DNA from: Bacillota bacterium
GTDB taxonomy: Bacteria > Bacillota > JAAYKD01
Direction of reading: 5' to 3'
Length of the DNA: 64,000 nt
Assembly (NCBI GenBank): GCA_963666425.2
Contig: OY762825.2
Location: 1,664,001 to 1,728,000, forward strand
A model generated the notes under the pieces. That model made no database searches. It worked only from the letters and a program-made list of their open reading frames with translations, and was not told the DNA's origin. The translations under genes and the position numbers were made by a program. Below are positions 22,611-31,358 of the stretch, in pieces. How positions within the stretch are numbered: the stretch's first letter is position 1; each line of letters begins with the position of its first letter.

Positions 22611-22982
22611 TTGAGAAAATTATCAGAGAGCGAATTGGAAATTATGTTGGCCATTTGGAGTACGCCGGAGGCCGTCAAATCCTCTTATGTGGCGGAGTGT
22701 ATGAAGGAAAAAGGCTGGGCTAAAACGACTGTTTTAAATTTTCTGGCCCGCTTGGTGGAGAAGGAATTTCTGGCTTGTGATAACCAAGGGAAAATCAATC
22801 TTTATACCCCTTTGGTCAAAGAAGAGGACTACCTCAAATTAGAAAACAAGAGATTCTTGGGTATGTTTTATCAAAATTCAGTTAAGAATCTGGTCGCAGG
22901 CTTATATCAAAATCAGGAAATCAGCAATCAGGATCTGGAGGAACTAAGGAAATTTCTAGCCGAGAAGTCGAAAGAGGTGTAA
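22611..22982 (+). CDS. BlaI/MecI/CopY family repressor
   Basis: LSESELEIMLAIW, WAKTTVLNFLARLVEKEFL and YTPLV...DLEELRKFL. Confidence 0.93.
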   Translation: MRKLSESELEIMLAIWSTPEAVKSSYVAECMKEKGWAKTTVLNFLARLVEKEFLACDNQGKINLYTPLVKEEDYLKLENKRFLGMFYQNSVKNLVAGLYQNQEISNQDLEELRKFLAEKSKEV

Positions 22983-22986
22983 TGCG

Positions 22987-25107
22987 ATGATCGAAAGCGT
23001 TTTTGAGAATTTGATCGAGATCACAGTTTCTGTTTCGATTGTGATTGCATTTTTACTCCTGCTGTCTCGTTTTTGGGATCGGAATTATACGGCGAAATGG
23101 CGCTATTGGCTCTGGCTGGCTTTGGCGATTCGTTTGCTGATCCCGCTGAACCTGACGCTGCCCGATCCACCTCTGCAGCTTGCCGCGCCTGATTTTAGTA
23201 TGCCCATGACTGCCGCAAATACGCCGTTGGTGCTGACGAATACAGAAATCAGTCAAGCAAAGCAGCAACAAACGACGGCTGCTGCCACGGAAGCCGCAGT
23301 GAAACCTTCGGCGCATCCGTTGGCTTTCTTTACAAAGCTGTCTTCGCAGCAGCTGCTGATCCTGTGCTGGCTGGCCGGCAGTGTAATTTTCTTGAGTTAC
23401 CAGTTACTGAGCTATGCTGCTTATCGTAAAAGTTTGAGACCTTGGTGTCGGGAAATCAAAAACCCGGAGATCCTGCAGACTTATCAGAATGTATGCAGCG
23501 AACTGGCCATCAAAACAGCGATACCGCTCTTATCCTGTAAGAGAATCAGCAGTCCCGTGGTGATCGGCTTTTGGCGGCCGCTGCTTTTGCTGCCGGATTG
23601 CGGGTTGCCAGAAGTGCAGACGGAGATGGTTCTACGTCATGAACTGATTCATGTCAAACGCCGCGATATTCTCTATAAAGCTTTGCTTTTATTAGTCAGG
23701 GCGGTGCATTGGTTCAATCCTTTTGTCCATCTGATGGCACTGGCAGCCAATCAAGACATCGAGTTGTCCTGCGATGCCAGCGTGGTGGCAAATCGGGATC
23801 TTATTTACCGTAAAAAATACAGCGAAACGCTGCTGGCGGCTGCACAAGGTGGCAGTAGGACGAAAGCAGTATTTTCTACGAATTTTGGAGGAGGAAAGCA
23901 AATGCTGAAGCAAAGGCTAAACAGTCTCTTCGATTTTCGTTACAAGAGCAGAGGAATTCCGGCGCTGATCCTGCTGATTATGCTGCTTGGTGTAGTCGGT
24001 GTCTGTATCAGCTGCACACCGAATGCGGCCGCTTTACGCTACGAAAACAAGACATTCGGATTTACGCTCACCTTTCCCAGAGAGTGGTCTGATCGGTATA
24101 TCATCCAAGAGGAAGAGAATGGGATTGCCGTTTACAGCAAAAAGGTCTATCAGCAATACCAAGGCATGGGCCGGCTCTTTACCCTCAGCAGAACAGTGGG
24201 AGAGCTGATTACAGAGGCCGATGTAGAACAGGAGCCTGTGCGGATGCAGATTGTGCTGCAGGGCAACGGTTATACTTATCTCACCCGTATGCCGTCGGAT
24301 CTGCAGTGCCCACCGAATGAGCAAGCACTCACAACCGAGTATGAAGCCTTGTCTGCCAAGGTCAATCAGGTGGGTAGCTGGATAGCTTTGTTGGGCAATC
24401 AAACACCCAAAGCGGAGAATGAGGGTTATCGGGTAGTGGGAACCAGCTATTTTACATTGGAGATTCCACAAGGCTGGCAACTGCGGGCGGTGGAGGAAGT
24501 ACCGCAGGTTTGGCAGCTGCTGGACGCACAGGCAAAAAACATCGGTACTGTCCGGCAGGTGCTGTATCAGACAGAGGGACCGGTTGATTCGACCTTTCTA
24601 GAGGCAGATTTACTGCAGCAAGACAATTACCGTGAGTTTAAAATTACATTGACTCGAAATGATGAGAATCAGAAGATCCTGACAAAAATGAAAGACAGCT
24701 TTGTTTTTACCGGTGGACCTTTTAACGTCTTGGATTTACAGTATAATGCGCTGCAATATCTGGCACGGGATGGGCAGAAACGGTTCGGTAAAATCGTCGG
24801 TCTAATCCAAGAGAATGGCAAAGCAACAGCCGTCCAGGTAAATGTCATGGAATTTTTGATTGATGAAACAGCGCCAAATGGTTTTCAAATCCGCGATTTG
24901 CAGCGGAGTGAGACCTTCTCTCTCGAATTTGGCGTCCAAATAGCTCCGCTCGTTGCACCGAACAACAACACTTACGGCACGTATGAGCTGCCTATTTTGG
25001 ATCAGAGCTTTGTTGAGAAGTATACAAATTACAAAGATTACTACTATGATTTTATTCTTGCCAGTGACGGGCAGTTGAAAATCATCCTGGCTCATTACGT
25101 ACCATAA
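22987..25107 (+). CDS. BlaR1/MecR1-like M56 metallopeptidase with atypical extracellular C-terminus
   Basis: RYWLWLALAIRLLIP, SPVVIGFWRP, HELIH zinc motif, HWFNP, ELSCD and LKQRL. Confidence 0.9.
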   Translation: MIESVFENLIEITVSVSIVIAFLLLLSRFWDRNYTAKWRYWLWLALAIRLLIPLNLTLPDPPLQLAAPDFSMPMTAANTPLVLTNTEISQAKQQQTTAAATEAAVKPSAHPLAFFTKLSSQQLLILCWLAGSVIFLSYQLLSYAAYRKSLRPWCREIKNPEILQTYQNVCSELAIKTAIPLLSCKRISSPVVIGFWRPLLLLPDCGLPEVQTEMVLRHELIHVKRRDILYKALLLLVRAVHWFNPFVHLMALAANQDIELSCDASVVANRDLIYRKKYSETLLAAAQGGSRTKAVFSTNFGGGKQMLKQRLNSLFDFRYKSRGIPALILLIMLLGVVGVCISCTPNAAALRYENKTFGFTLTFPREWSDRYIIQEEENGIAVYSKKVYQQYQGMGRLFTLSRTVGELITEADVEQEPVRMQIVLQGNGYTYLTRMPSDLQCPPNEQALTTEYEALSAKVNQVGSWIALLGNQTPKAENEGYRVVGTSYFTLEIPQGWQLRAVEEVPQVWQLLDAQAKNIGTVRQVLYQTEGPVDSTFLEADLLQQDNYREFKITLTRNDENQKILTKMKDSFVFTGGPFNVLDLQYNALQYLARDGQKRFGKIVGLIQENGKATAVQVNVMEFLIDETAPNGFQIRDLQRSETFSLEFGVQIAPLVAPNNNTYGTYELPILDQSFVEKYTNYKDYYYDFILASDGQLKIILAHYVP

Positions 25108-25188
25108 TTTACAAAAAAAGGGCTGCCGCAAAGATAGACTTGCATTTTCAGTGCCTTCCTGCTAAATTGGAGACAAAGAGGTGTTTTT

Positions 25189-25995
25189 ATGAGTATGGAA
25201 GCCAAAAAGCTCTATGCCTTGCTGGAAGAAGAATTTAAGCCATTCGAGTGCACCGAAGTGTTTCCCAAAATCGGGCTGCAGTATCATCACTGTGACGAAG
25301 TACAGCGGGTTTACACCGCAAACTTCGCCAGTCCGGAAGTTTTCGAACAATTGATTGCTTTGGATGCCAGAGCATGTCTGTTGTTTACCCATCACCCTGC
25401 ACCGCAGCGGAAACTTGCTTCCGATCCGCCGGCTGTGATCCCAGAGCAGTATCTTGAGGAATTAGCGAAACGTCAAATCAGCCTGTTTTCTTATCATATT
25501 CCCTTGGACCGCAACGGCCGCTGGTCTCCGGGCAACAATCTGGCTAAGGCAATCGCTGCTGCGCCATATGATGAGTTTTATTTCCAAAATGGTGTTCTGA
25601 TGGGAGTATTATGCAATTCCGGCTATACTACGGTTGATCAATTGACCGAAACGCTGCAAACTGCGCTGAATCATGAGGTCAAATGTTATGCCTACGGTGA
25701 GTCAGCTCTGCAAAACGGACGTTTGGCCATCATGGCAGGCGGCGCTAAAAATACGGAGATTTATCGCGAGCTTCATGAGAAGGGGATTAACGCTTTTATT
25801 ACCGGAGTGACCAATGCAGAAACTTCTTGGGTAGCCGATCTGCATCAGCAGGCGAAGAAGTATCAGATCAATTTGATCGGCGGTACGCATTACTCCACCG
25901 AAAAATTCGCACCAATGGCGATCTGCCACTATTTTTCTGCTTTGGGTTTACCGTCACAATTCTTGCCGGAAACTCCGCAGCTGCAGGAAATGTAA
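25189..25995 (+). CDS. NIF3/YbgI-like dinuclear metal-centre protein
   Basis: LFTHHP, FSYHIPLD, FITG and GGTHYSTE metal-ligand motifs. Confidence 0.85.
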   Translation: MSMEAKKLYALLEEEFKPFECTEVFPKIGLQYHHCDEVQRVYTANFASPEVFEQLIALDARACLLFTHHPAPQRKLASDPPAVIPEQYLEELAKRQISLFSYHIPLDRNGRWSPGNNLAKAIAAAPYDEFYFQNGVLMGVLCNSGYTTVDQLTETLQTALNHEVKCYAYGESALQNGRLAIMAGGAKNTEIYRELHEKGINAFITGVTNAETSWVADLHQQAKKYQINLIGGTHYSTEKFAPMAICHYFSALGLPSQFLPETPQLQEM

Positions 25996-26060
25996 AGAGC
26001 GCAGGCGTTTGAAATGACTCGGGAGAAATTTCGTTAGAGCGTTCCGACCAGATCAGGTTT

Positions 26061-26092
26061 AAAAAAGAAGCATCCGGCATGCCGGGTGCTTC
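26061..26092 (-). terminator. Intrinsic terminator after ppa
   Basis: Minus strand GAAGCACCCGGC-AT-GCCGGATGCTTC-TTTTTT. Confidence 0.8.
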
Positions 26093-26113
26093 GCTGTTCT
26101 GTTGTGCAGTTTT

Positions 26114-26653
26114 TTATTTGCCTTTTAAGTAGTGGGTTTGATAGTTCGTAATCGCGCGAGCGATGACTTTTTCGGCTTCTTCACGACCGTAGACCTGATT
26201 GGCAACCGTCGATTTTCCTTCCAGATCTTTATAGACGCTGAAAAAATGCAGCATTTCCTTAAAGATATGATCGGGCAGATCGGAGATGTCGTGATAGGAA
26301 TTATTGCCCGGATCACCAAAGGGAATGGCGATGATTTTTTCGTCATGCGCTCCTTCATCGATCATATCCACCACACCGATGGGGTAGCAGCGCACTAAGA
26401 CCAAGGGGTCTAACTCTTCGGAACAGAGCACCAAGACATCCAAAGGATCGTTATCGTCGCCATATGTGAGCGGAATAAAACCATAATTGGCGGGGTAATG
26501 GGTAGAAGTGAACAAAATTCGATCCAGAACAATCATCCCGGTCGTTTTGTCCAGCTCATATTTCTTTTTGCTGCCTTTGGAAATCTCGATCACAGCGGTG
26601 AAATCGGTGGAATTGATACGGGCTGGGTTCATATCGTGCCAGATATTAGGCAT
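26114..26653 (-). CDS. ppa: Family I inorganic pyrophosphatase
   Basis: IEISKGSKKKYE, YPANYGFIP, DNDPLDVLV, DEKIIA and FFSVYKDLEGK. Confidence 0.95.
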   Translation of the reverse strand: MPNIWHDMNPARINSTDFTAVIEISKGSKKKYELDKTTGMIVLDRILFTSTHYPANYGFIPLTYGDDNDPLDVLVLCSEELDPLVLVRCYPIGVVDMIDEGAHDEKIIAIPFGDPGNNSYHDISDLPDHIFKEMLHFFSVYKDLEGKSTVANQVYGREEAEKVIARAITNYQTHYLKGK

Positions 26654-26756
26654 GGAAAAACTCCTTTCAAGTTCAGATGATTGATGATTTATTGCAAGCT
26701 AAGCATACTCTAAAACAGCCTACAAAGCAAGAATGACTGTAGGGAGCAATGCACGC

Positions 26757-27536
26757 TTATTTCCAAACAACATCCGCTGCTTTGCGCGGTGCCGTCCGCC
26801 TGTAGGTAACATCCGGATAACCCAAGACCAGACAGATGACGATAGGTTTCCCGCCAAGGCCAAGCAAGGCTTGCGCTTCCTTGTTGTTGCGCAGAGCGGC
26901 AGAGATAAATCCGCTGTAAAGCACACCCAGGTTAAGGGCATTGGCCAGCAATTCGATATAGGCGGCGGCCAGGCTGCCGTTGACGGTGGAACTGGCTGTA
27001 ATGACCAGAACGGCGGGTGCATCAAAGAAAAAGCCATCCTGTTCGTTTTCGTCGTACGCTTTTAAGAGTTTCTGCCAAAAAGCGCTGGGTTTCTCTGCGC
27101 TTTCCAGCGTTTGGCGGATGGTCTGCCAGATCAGCGGTTTAAATTCCGGCAATTTTTCCTCTACGATGGTCAAGCTGACATCCTGCCGATTGCTGCCGGT
27201 GGGAGCAAAACGTCCGGCCTGGACCAGCTGTTCCAGCACGCTGTGCGCGATGGCATCTGGTTTAAATTGACGAATACTGCGTCGATATTTCATCAGATGC
27301 AGCAGATTTTGCGGATTCACTGAAAAGGCGGCTGCTTGATATTCTTCCAAGTCATCGCTGGGGTAATTGGTGTTGACAATCGCCTGCTGCGGGCAAAGCG
27401 CGACGCAATGGCCGCACTGCATACAACCGATTTCGGTGGCAGCAGCTTTTCCATTCAGTATTGTGATGCAGCCGGTAAAGCAATCGCCTACGCAAAGGCC
27501 GCAGCCGTTGCAGAGCTCTGTGTTGATCTGAATCAT
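26757..27536 (-). CDS. Nitroreductase family protein with N-terminal 2x[4Fe-4S] ferredoxin domain
   Basis: CNGCGLCVGDC and CMQCGHCVALCP clusters; RRSIRQF, APTGSNRQ and LVLGYP. Confidence 0.9.
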   Translation of the reverse strand: MIQINTELCNGCGLCVGDCFTGCITILNGKAAATEIGCMQCGHCVALCPQQAIVNTNYPSDDLEEYQAAAFSVNPQNLLHLMKYRRSIRQFKPDAIAHSVLEQLVQAGRFAPTGSNRQDVSLTIVEEKLPEFKPLIWQTIRQTLESAEKPSAFWQKLLKAYDENEQDGFFFDAPAVLVITASSTVNGSLAAAYIELLANALNLGVLYSGFISAALRNNKEAQALLGLGGKPIVICLVLGYPDVTYRRTAPRKAADVVWK

Positions 27537-27566
27537 TTTTTGAAAACCTCCCTATGTTCGCTTCTG

Positions 27567-28148
27567 CTATTTGCAACAGGTATGTTGAAAAACCGGATTG
27601 AACGGACAGCTGGCAAGATGGTCGTTGATCACACCGATTGCCCCCAAATAGGAGTAGATGATGGTGCTGCCAACAAATTTGAAGCCGCGCTTTTTTAATT
27701 CGGCGCTGACTTTGTCCGAAAGTGCAGAGGTTGCCGGTACTTCGGATTGCAGCTGCCAATTGTTCAGCACGGGATTGCCATTAGTGAAAGACCAGATATA
27801 GGCATCAAAGCTGCCATATTCTTCTTGAATTTGCAGAAAAGCCTGTGCATTGGTAACCGCGGCCGCAATCTTGCTTTTATTGCGGACAATTTGGGTGTTT
27901 TCCGCTAATTCCCGGCATTTTTCCGGGGCATAGGCAGCTACTTTTTCCGGCAGAAAGTGATCAAAGGCTTCCTGAAAGGCGGGGCGTTTTTTTAAAATCG
28001 TCAGCCAGCTTAATCCGGCCTGGAAACCTTCCAAAATGAGCAGCTCAAATAATAAACGGTCCTCATGGCAGGGAGTACCCCATTCACTGTCATGATAAGC
28101 AACCGACCAGGGATCGACAGCCCAGGGACAACGCGGCGGGTTTGGCAT
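27567..28148 (-). CDS. tag: DNA-3-methyladenine glycosylase I
   Basis: RCPWA, YHDSEWG, LEGFQAGLSW, RNKSKI, GFKFVG and NDHLASC. Confidence 0.95.
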   Translation of the reverse strand: MPNPPRCPWAVDPWSVAYHDSEWGTPCHEDRLLFELLILEGFQAGLSWLTILKKRPAFQEAFDHFLPEKVAAYAPEKCRELAENTQIVRNKSKIAAAVTNAQAFLQIQEEYGSFDAYIWSFTNGNPVLNNWQLQSEVPATSALSDKVSAELKKRGFKFVGSTIIYSYLGAIGVINDHLASCPFNPVFQHTCCK

Positions 28149-28392
28149 GGCGGAAGCCTCCTTGCTTGCTAGAATTTCACATAGATTTCATTTGACGATA
28201 GCGGCGTTATTGAGTATGATAAGGGTTATCTTTTACTCATAAGGATAATTTACCACAGAGGGCAAGATAAATGCAAGGTTTGCGCGAATATTTCCCAACT
28301 TCGATTACTGGCAATACAGCCGTGGGGATTGATCTGGAGCACTGCGCGTAACATATCAGGCACAGGTCGAATTGAAAAAGGAGCTGTTTTTT

Positions 28393-29055
28393 ATGGCAAG
28401 TTCCATGATGCATTTATATGTCGGTCGGAGATTAAGTGAAACTTGGCTGCAGCCGCAAAATAAAGCGCAGTTTTATCTTGGCTGTATTGTGCCGGACAGC
28501 GTCAATTTGCAGGGTTTCGCCAGCAAAGAAAAACGCTGGACCGCTCATCTTCGCCATGCTGATCTGCAAATTTGGGCAGAGCAGGTGGCACGTTTTTATG
28601 AAAACAACGGTGAATATGCTGATCGGGATTTACTCTTGGGTTATGCCGTGCATGCCTTCACCGATATTGCCTGGGATGCCGGTGACCATGATTATATCTG
28701 GCAGGCCATGCCAAAATTGCATCTGCCGGCGGGTACCGCATTGGGAGCTGGTTGGGACGATTGTTTTCGGTTTGACCATCAGCAGCAAAAAGCGGTCTGG
28801 TGGCTGCAGGAAGTGCAGCCGCTGCTGAAAATGGCTGCGGCAAAATCAATCAACGGCTTGAGCAAAGCATGGATGGAAATTTTTCTGCAGCAAATCATCG
28901 CTGGCGGGATTGAGCAGGACTATAGACTTTATACCCCGCCGGTCCTGGTCACGGACTTGTTGGTGGATCAACTGGCAAGACAAACAGAACAGCTATGCCG
29001 TCAGCTGATCCGGCTGGAATCAACCACTGTCGGTTCCAGGCAGTCAGCACAGTGA
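28393..29055 (+). CDS. Zinc-dependent phospholipase C-like / HD-type hydrolase (hypothetical)
   Basis: N-terminal MHLY, FYLGCIVPD and LLGYAVHAFTD pattern; ATG 28393 behind AAAGGAG. Confidence 0.55.
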   Translation: MASSMMHLYVGRRLSETWLQPQNKAQFYLGCIVPDSVNLQGFASKEKRWTAHLRHADLQIWAEQVARFYENNGEYADRDLLLGYAVHAFTDIAWDAGDHDYIWQAMPKLHLPAGTALGAGWDDCFRFDHQQQKAVWWLQEVQPLLKMAAAKSINGLSKAWMEIFLQQIIAGGIEQDYRLYTPPVLVTDLLVDQLARQTEQLCRQLIRLESTTVGSRQSAQ

Positions 29056-29098
29056 GCGATTGAATAGTGGCTGAAGGAAATAGAGTATCATCAACAAG

Positions 29099-29144
29099 AA
29101 CAGCCTGTCGGTGAATCTTGAAGTATCACGAACAGGCTGTTTTT
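29099..29144 (+). terminator. Intrinsic terminator
   Basis: AACAGCCTGT...ACAGGCTGTT followed by TTT. Confidence 0.65.
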
Positions 29145-29410
29145 AAATACTCCGCTGTCAATGCAGAAGGTCATCCGGAAGGTGCGATCACAGGATACAA
29201 TCAAAAAAAGCCAGGTACTCGTTGCTGCATGATCCGGTTTGTCTTCTGTGATGAACGAAAAAACACACGCCACTGAATTAAATAGCCGATATAACAGAGT
29301 ATTGCTGATGAAATCACCGTACTTTTGTGGATGCCAAAGAGTTTCGCAACCGCGAGAGAGCATCAACGAGACTGCGTCGTGGCGACGAAACTCAAAAAAG
29401 GGGAATCTTC

Positions 29411-31111
29411 GTGAAGAATAGTAAAAAACTGGTGCAAAACCTTGCGGTGGGGCTGTTGGTCTTGCTTGGCGTTAAAAATATCTTAGTGGCATTACCCTTC
29501 AAAGCGGCGCAAAGGATTGACTATTTTTATAAAATGTTTATTTACCCAAACGAGCTGGTTTTGCATCATGCCCTGTCCTTTTTACTTGGGCTGTTGATGC
29601 TGCTCTTAGCCCGCCAGCTTTATAAAAGAGTTCGCCTGGCTTGGATGGCGGAGGTTGGTGCGCTGACACTGACCTTGATTTTTCAGCTTTGGAGATATCA
29701 TCTGTTTGTGATACCGATCATCATGATTGAATTATTCGTCCTCATCGTGCTCTGTGTCTCACAGCAGGATTTTCAGCGCAAAAGCGATCCGCTCACGGTG
29801 AAAAGAGCCCTTGGTTTTATTACAGTTTCCTTGATCCTGCTGCTGACCCACGCAACAGTAGGCGTTTATATGATGAAGGGACATCTGCAGAATATTCATG
29901 ATTTAGGCGATGCCTTGCTCAGCTCGGTCAAGCTGTTTGTCTTATTGGACACCAATGTGCTGCAAACAACCAGTAAAGCAGCCGAATTGTATATTACTTC
30001 TTTGATGATTATCAACTGGGTATGCATCCTGTCTTTTGTGATTTTATTGTTCAGGCCTTTGATTTACCAACCTGCCATAACAAAATATGATCGAGTACGA
30101 GTGCGCAGGCTGGCACTTACTTATGGGCAAAATCCGGTGTCTTATCTTGCGTTAGAGAGTGATAAAAGGTTCTTTTTCAGCAGAAAGGTGAATGGCGTCT
30201 GTGCCTATACGCTAGTCAATGACGTATTCATCATCTCTGGCGATCTGCTTTGTAAAACGGAGGATGTAAAAACCTTTCTGCAGGAACTATTGACCTATTG
30301 CAATCAAAATGCTTACCAAATCATGCTGATCAATATTACGGACCAGTTGAGAGATTTCTATGCTGCGGCAGGCTTTTCGATAGTGAAATATGGCGAGGAG
30401 GCCTGCTTTGACCTAAAAAATTATACCTTGGCAGGCGGAAAAACGGCTAAAGTACGGGCTGCCATCAATCATGCCATCAAGGCTGGCATCAAAGTTGCAG
30501 AGTATCAACCGCAGGTTGAAAGAAATGAATGGATTGAGAAGCAGATTCAGCAAATCACGGAGCAATGGCTGCGGCACAAGGGCGGTTATGAAATGCATTT
30601 TACGCTGGGAGGAACGGGCTTAGCTGATCCTCTGGACCGAAGGTATTTCTATGCTTGTAATGCAGAGGGAACGATGCTGGGGTTTGTTGTATTTTTGCCT
30701 TATCTAAATGGCTATTTGGCTGATGTTACCCGAAGAAGGATCGATGCGCCGCAGGGTGTATTAGAGAAAATCATCTATGATGCCTTTATGCAGTTCAAAG
30801 AGGAGGGGCTTGCTTGGGGCAGTTTGGGTTTATCTCCCTTGTACAATGTGGCTGACCATGATAAAGCAAACATAACCGAAAAGCTATTCAATTATATTTA
30901 TGAAAACCTCAACAGCAGCTATAGCTTTAAGCAGCTTCACCATGCCAAAGAAAAATACGCTCCCACGCACTGGGTGCCCCGCTATCTGGCTTACTACCCC
31001 TCTCCGTTTTCGGCGAAATTTGCCTATGCCTTGGTGCGCTGTCAAATCAAGGAAGGATTCCTGCAAGTGCTGCTCGGCGAATTGCGGCCCAAAAAGGACA
31101 ATAATCCTTGA
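29411..31111 (+). CDS. Aminoacyl-phosphatidylglycerol synthase (MprF-like, DUF2156 C-terminal domain)
   Basis: About 6 hydrophobic segments, then YLALESDKRFFF, KYGEEA, ADVTRR, SLGLSPL and YSFKQLHHAKEKYAPTHW; GTG 29411 behind AAAAGGGGA. Confidence 0.8.
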   Translation: MKNSKKLVQNLAVGLLVLLGVKNILVALPFKAAQRIDYFYKMFIYPNELVLHHALSFLLGLLMLLLARQLYKRVRLAWMAEVGALTLTLIFQLWRYHLFVIPIIMIELFVLIVLCVSQQDFQRKSDPLTVKRALGFITVSLILLLTHATVGVYMMKGHLQNIHDLGDALLSSVKLFVLLDTNVLQTTSKAAELYITSLMIINWVCILSFVILLFRPLIYQPAITKYDRVRVRRLALTYGQNPVSYLALESDKRFFFSRKVNGVCAYTLVNDVFIISGDLLCKTEDVKTFLQELLTYCNQNAYQIMLINITDQLRDFYAAAGFSIVKYGEEACFDLKNYTLAGGKTAKVRAAINHAIKAGIKVAEYQPQVERNEWIEKQIQQITEQWLRHKGGYEMHFTLGGTGLADPLDRRYFYACNAEGTMLGFVVFLPYLNGYLADVTRRRIDAPQGVLEKIIYDAFMQFKEEGLAWGSLGLSPLYNVADHDKANITEKLFNYIYENLNSSYSFKQLHHAKEKYAPTHWVPRYLAYYPSPFSAKFAYALVRCQIKEGFLQVLLGELRPKKDNNP

Positions 31112-31358
31112 AGTTAGGAGAGACCGAAAAAATCCAGCAGCGAAAGAATGGTTTACTTCTCACAAGTTCAAACTATTTTTTCAGCAACAGAGAATCGCTC
31201 CTGCAATCAAGACATGGATCGCCGCAAACACCTTTATGCAGGAAGTTACATTTTATTTCGCTTGCGAATTATAGATGTTGGTGCTAAGATGAAAGCTTAG
31301 TGAACAGAAATAAAAACGTAAAATGGCCACGTGAAGCAGGGATATAGGAAGTGATGGT

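Noticed and set aside
29339-29393. Riboswitch in the leader of the MprF-like gene
   Set aside because: Only an 8-bp outer stem (GAGTTTCG/CGAAACTC) is evident, with no recognisable aptamer consensus; an Rfam/Infernal search would be needed.
31323-31338. parS-like ATGGCCACGTGAAGCA
   Set aside because: Five mismatches to TGTTCCACGTGAAACA; only the CACGTG core and part of one arm match.
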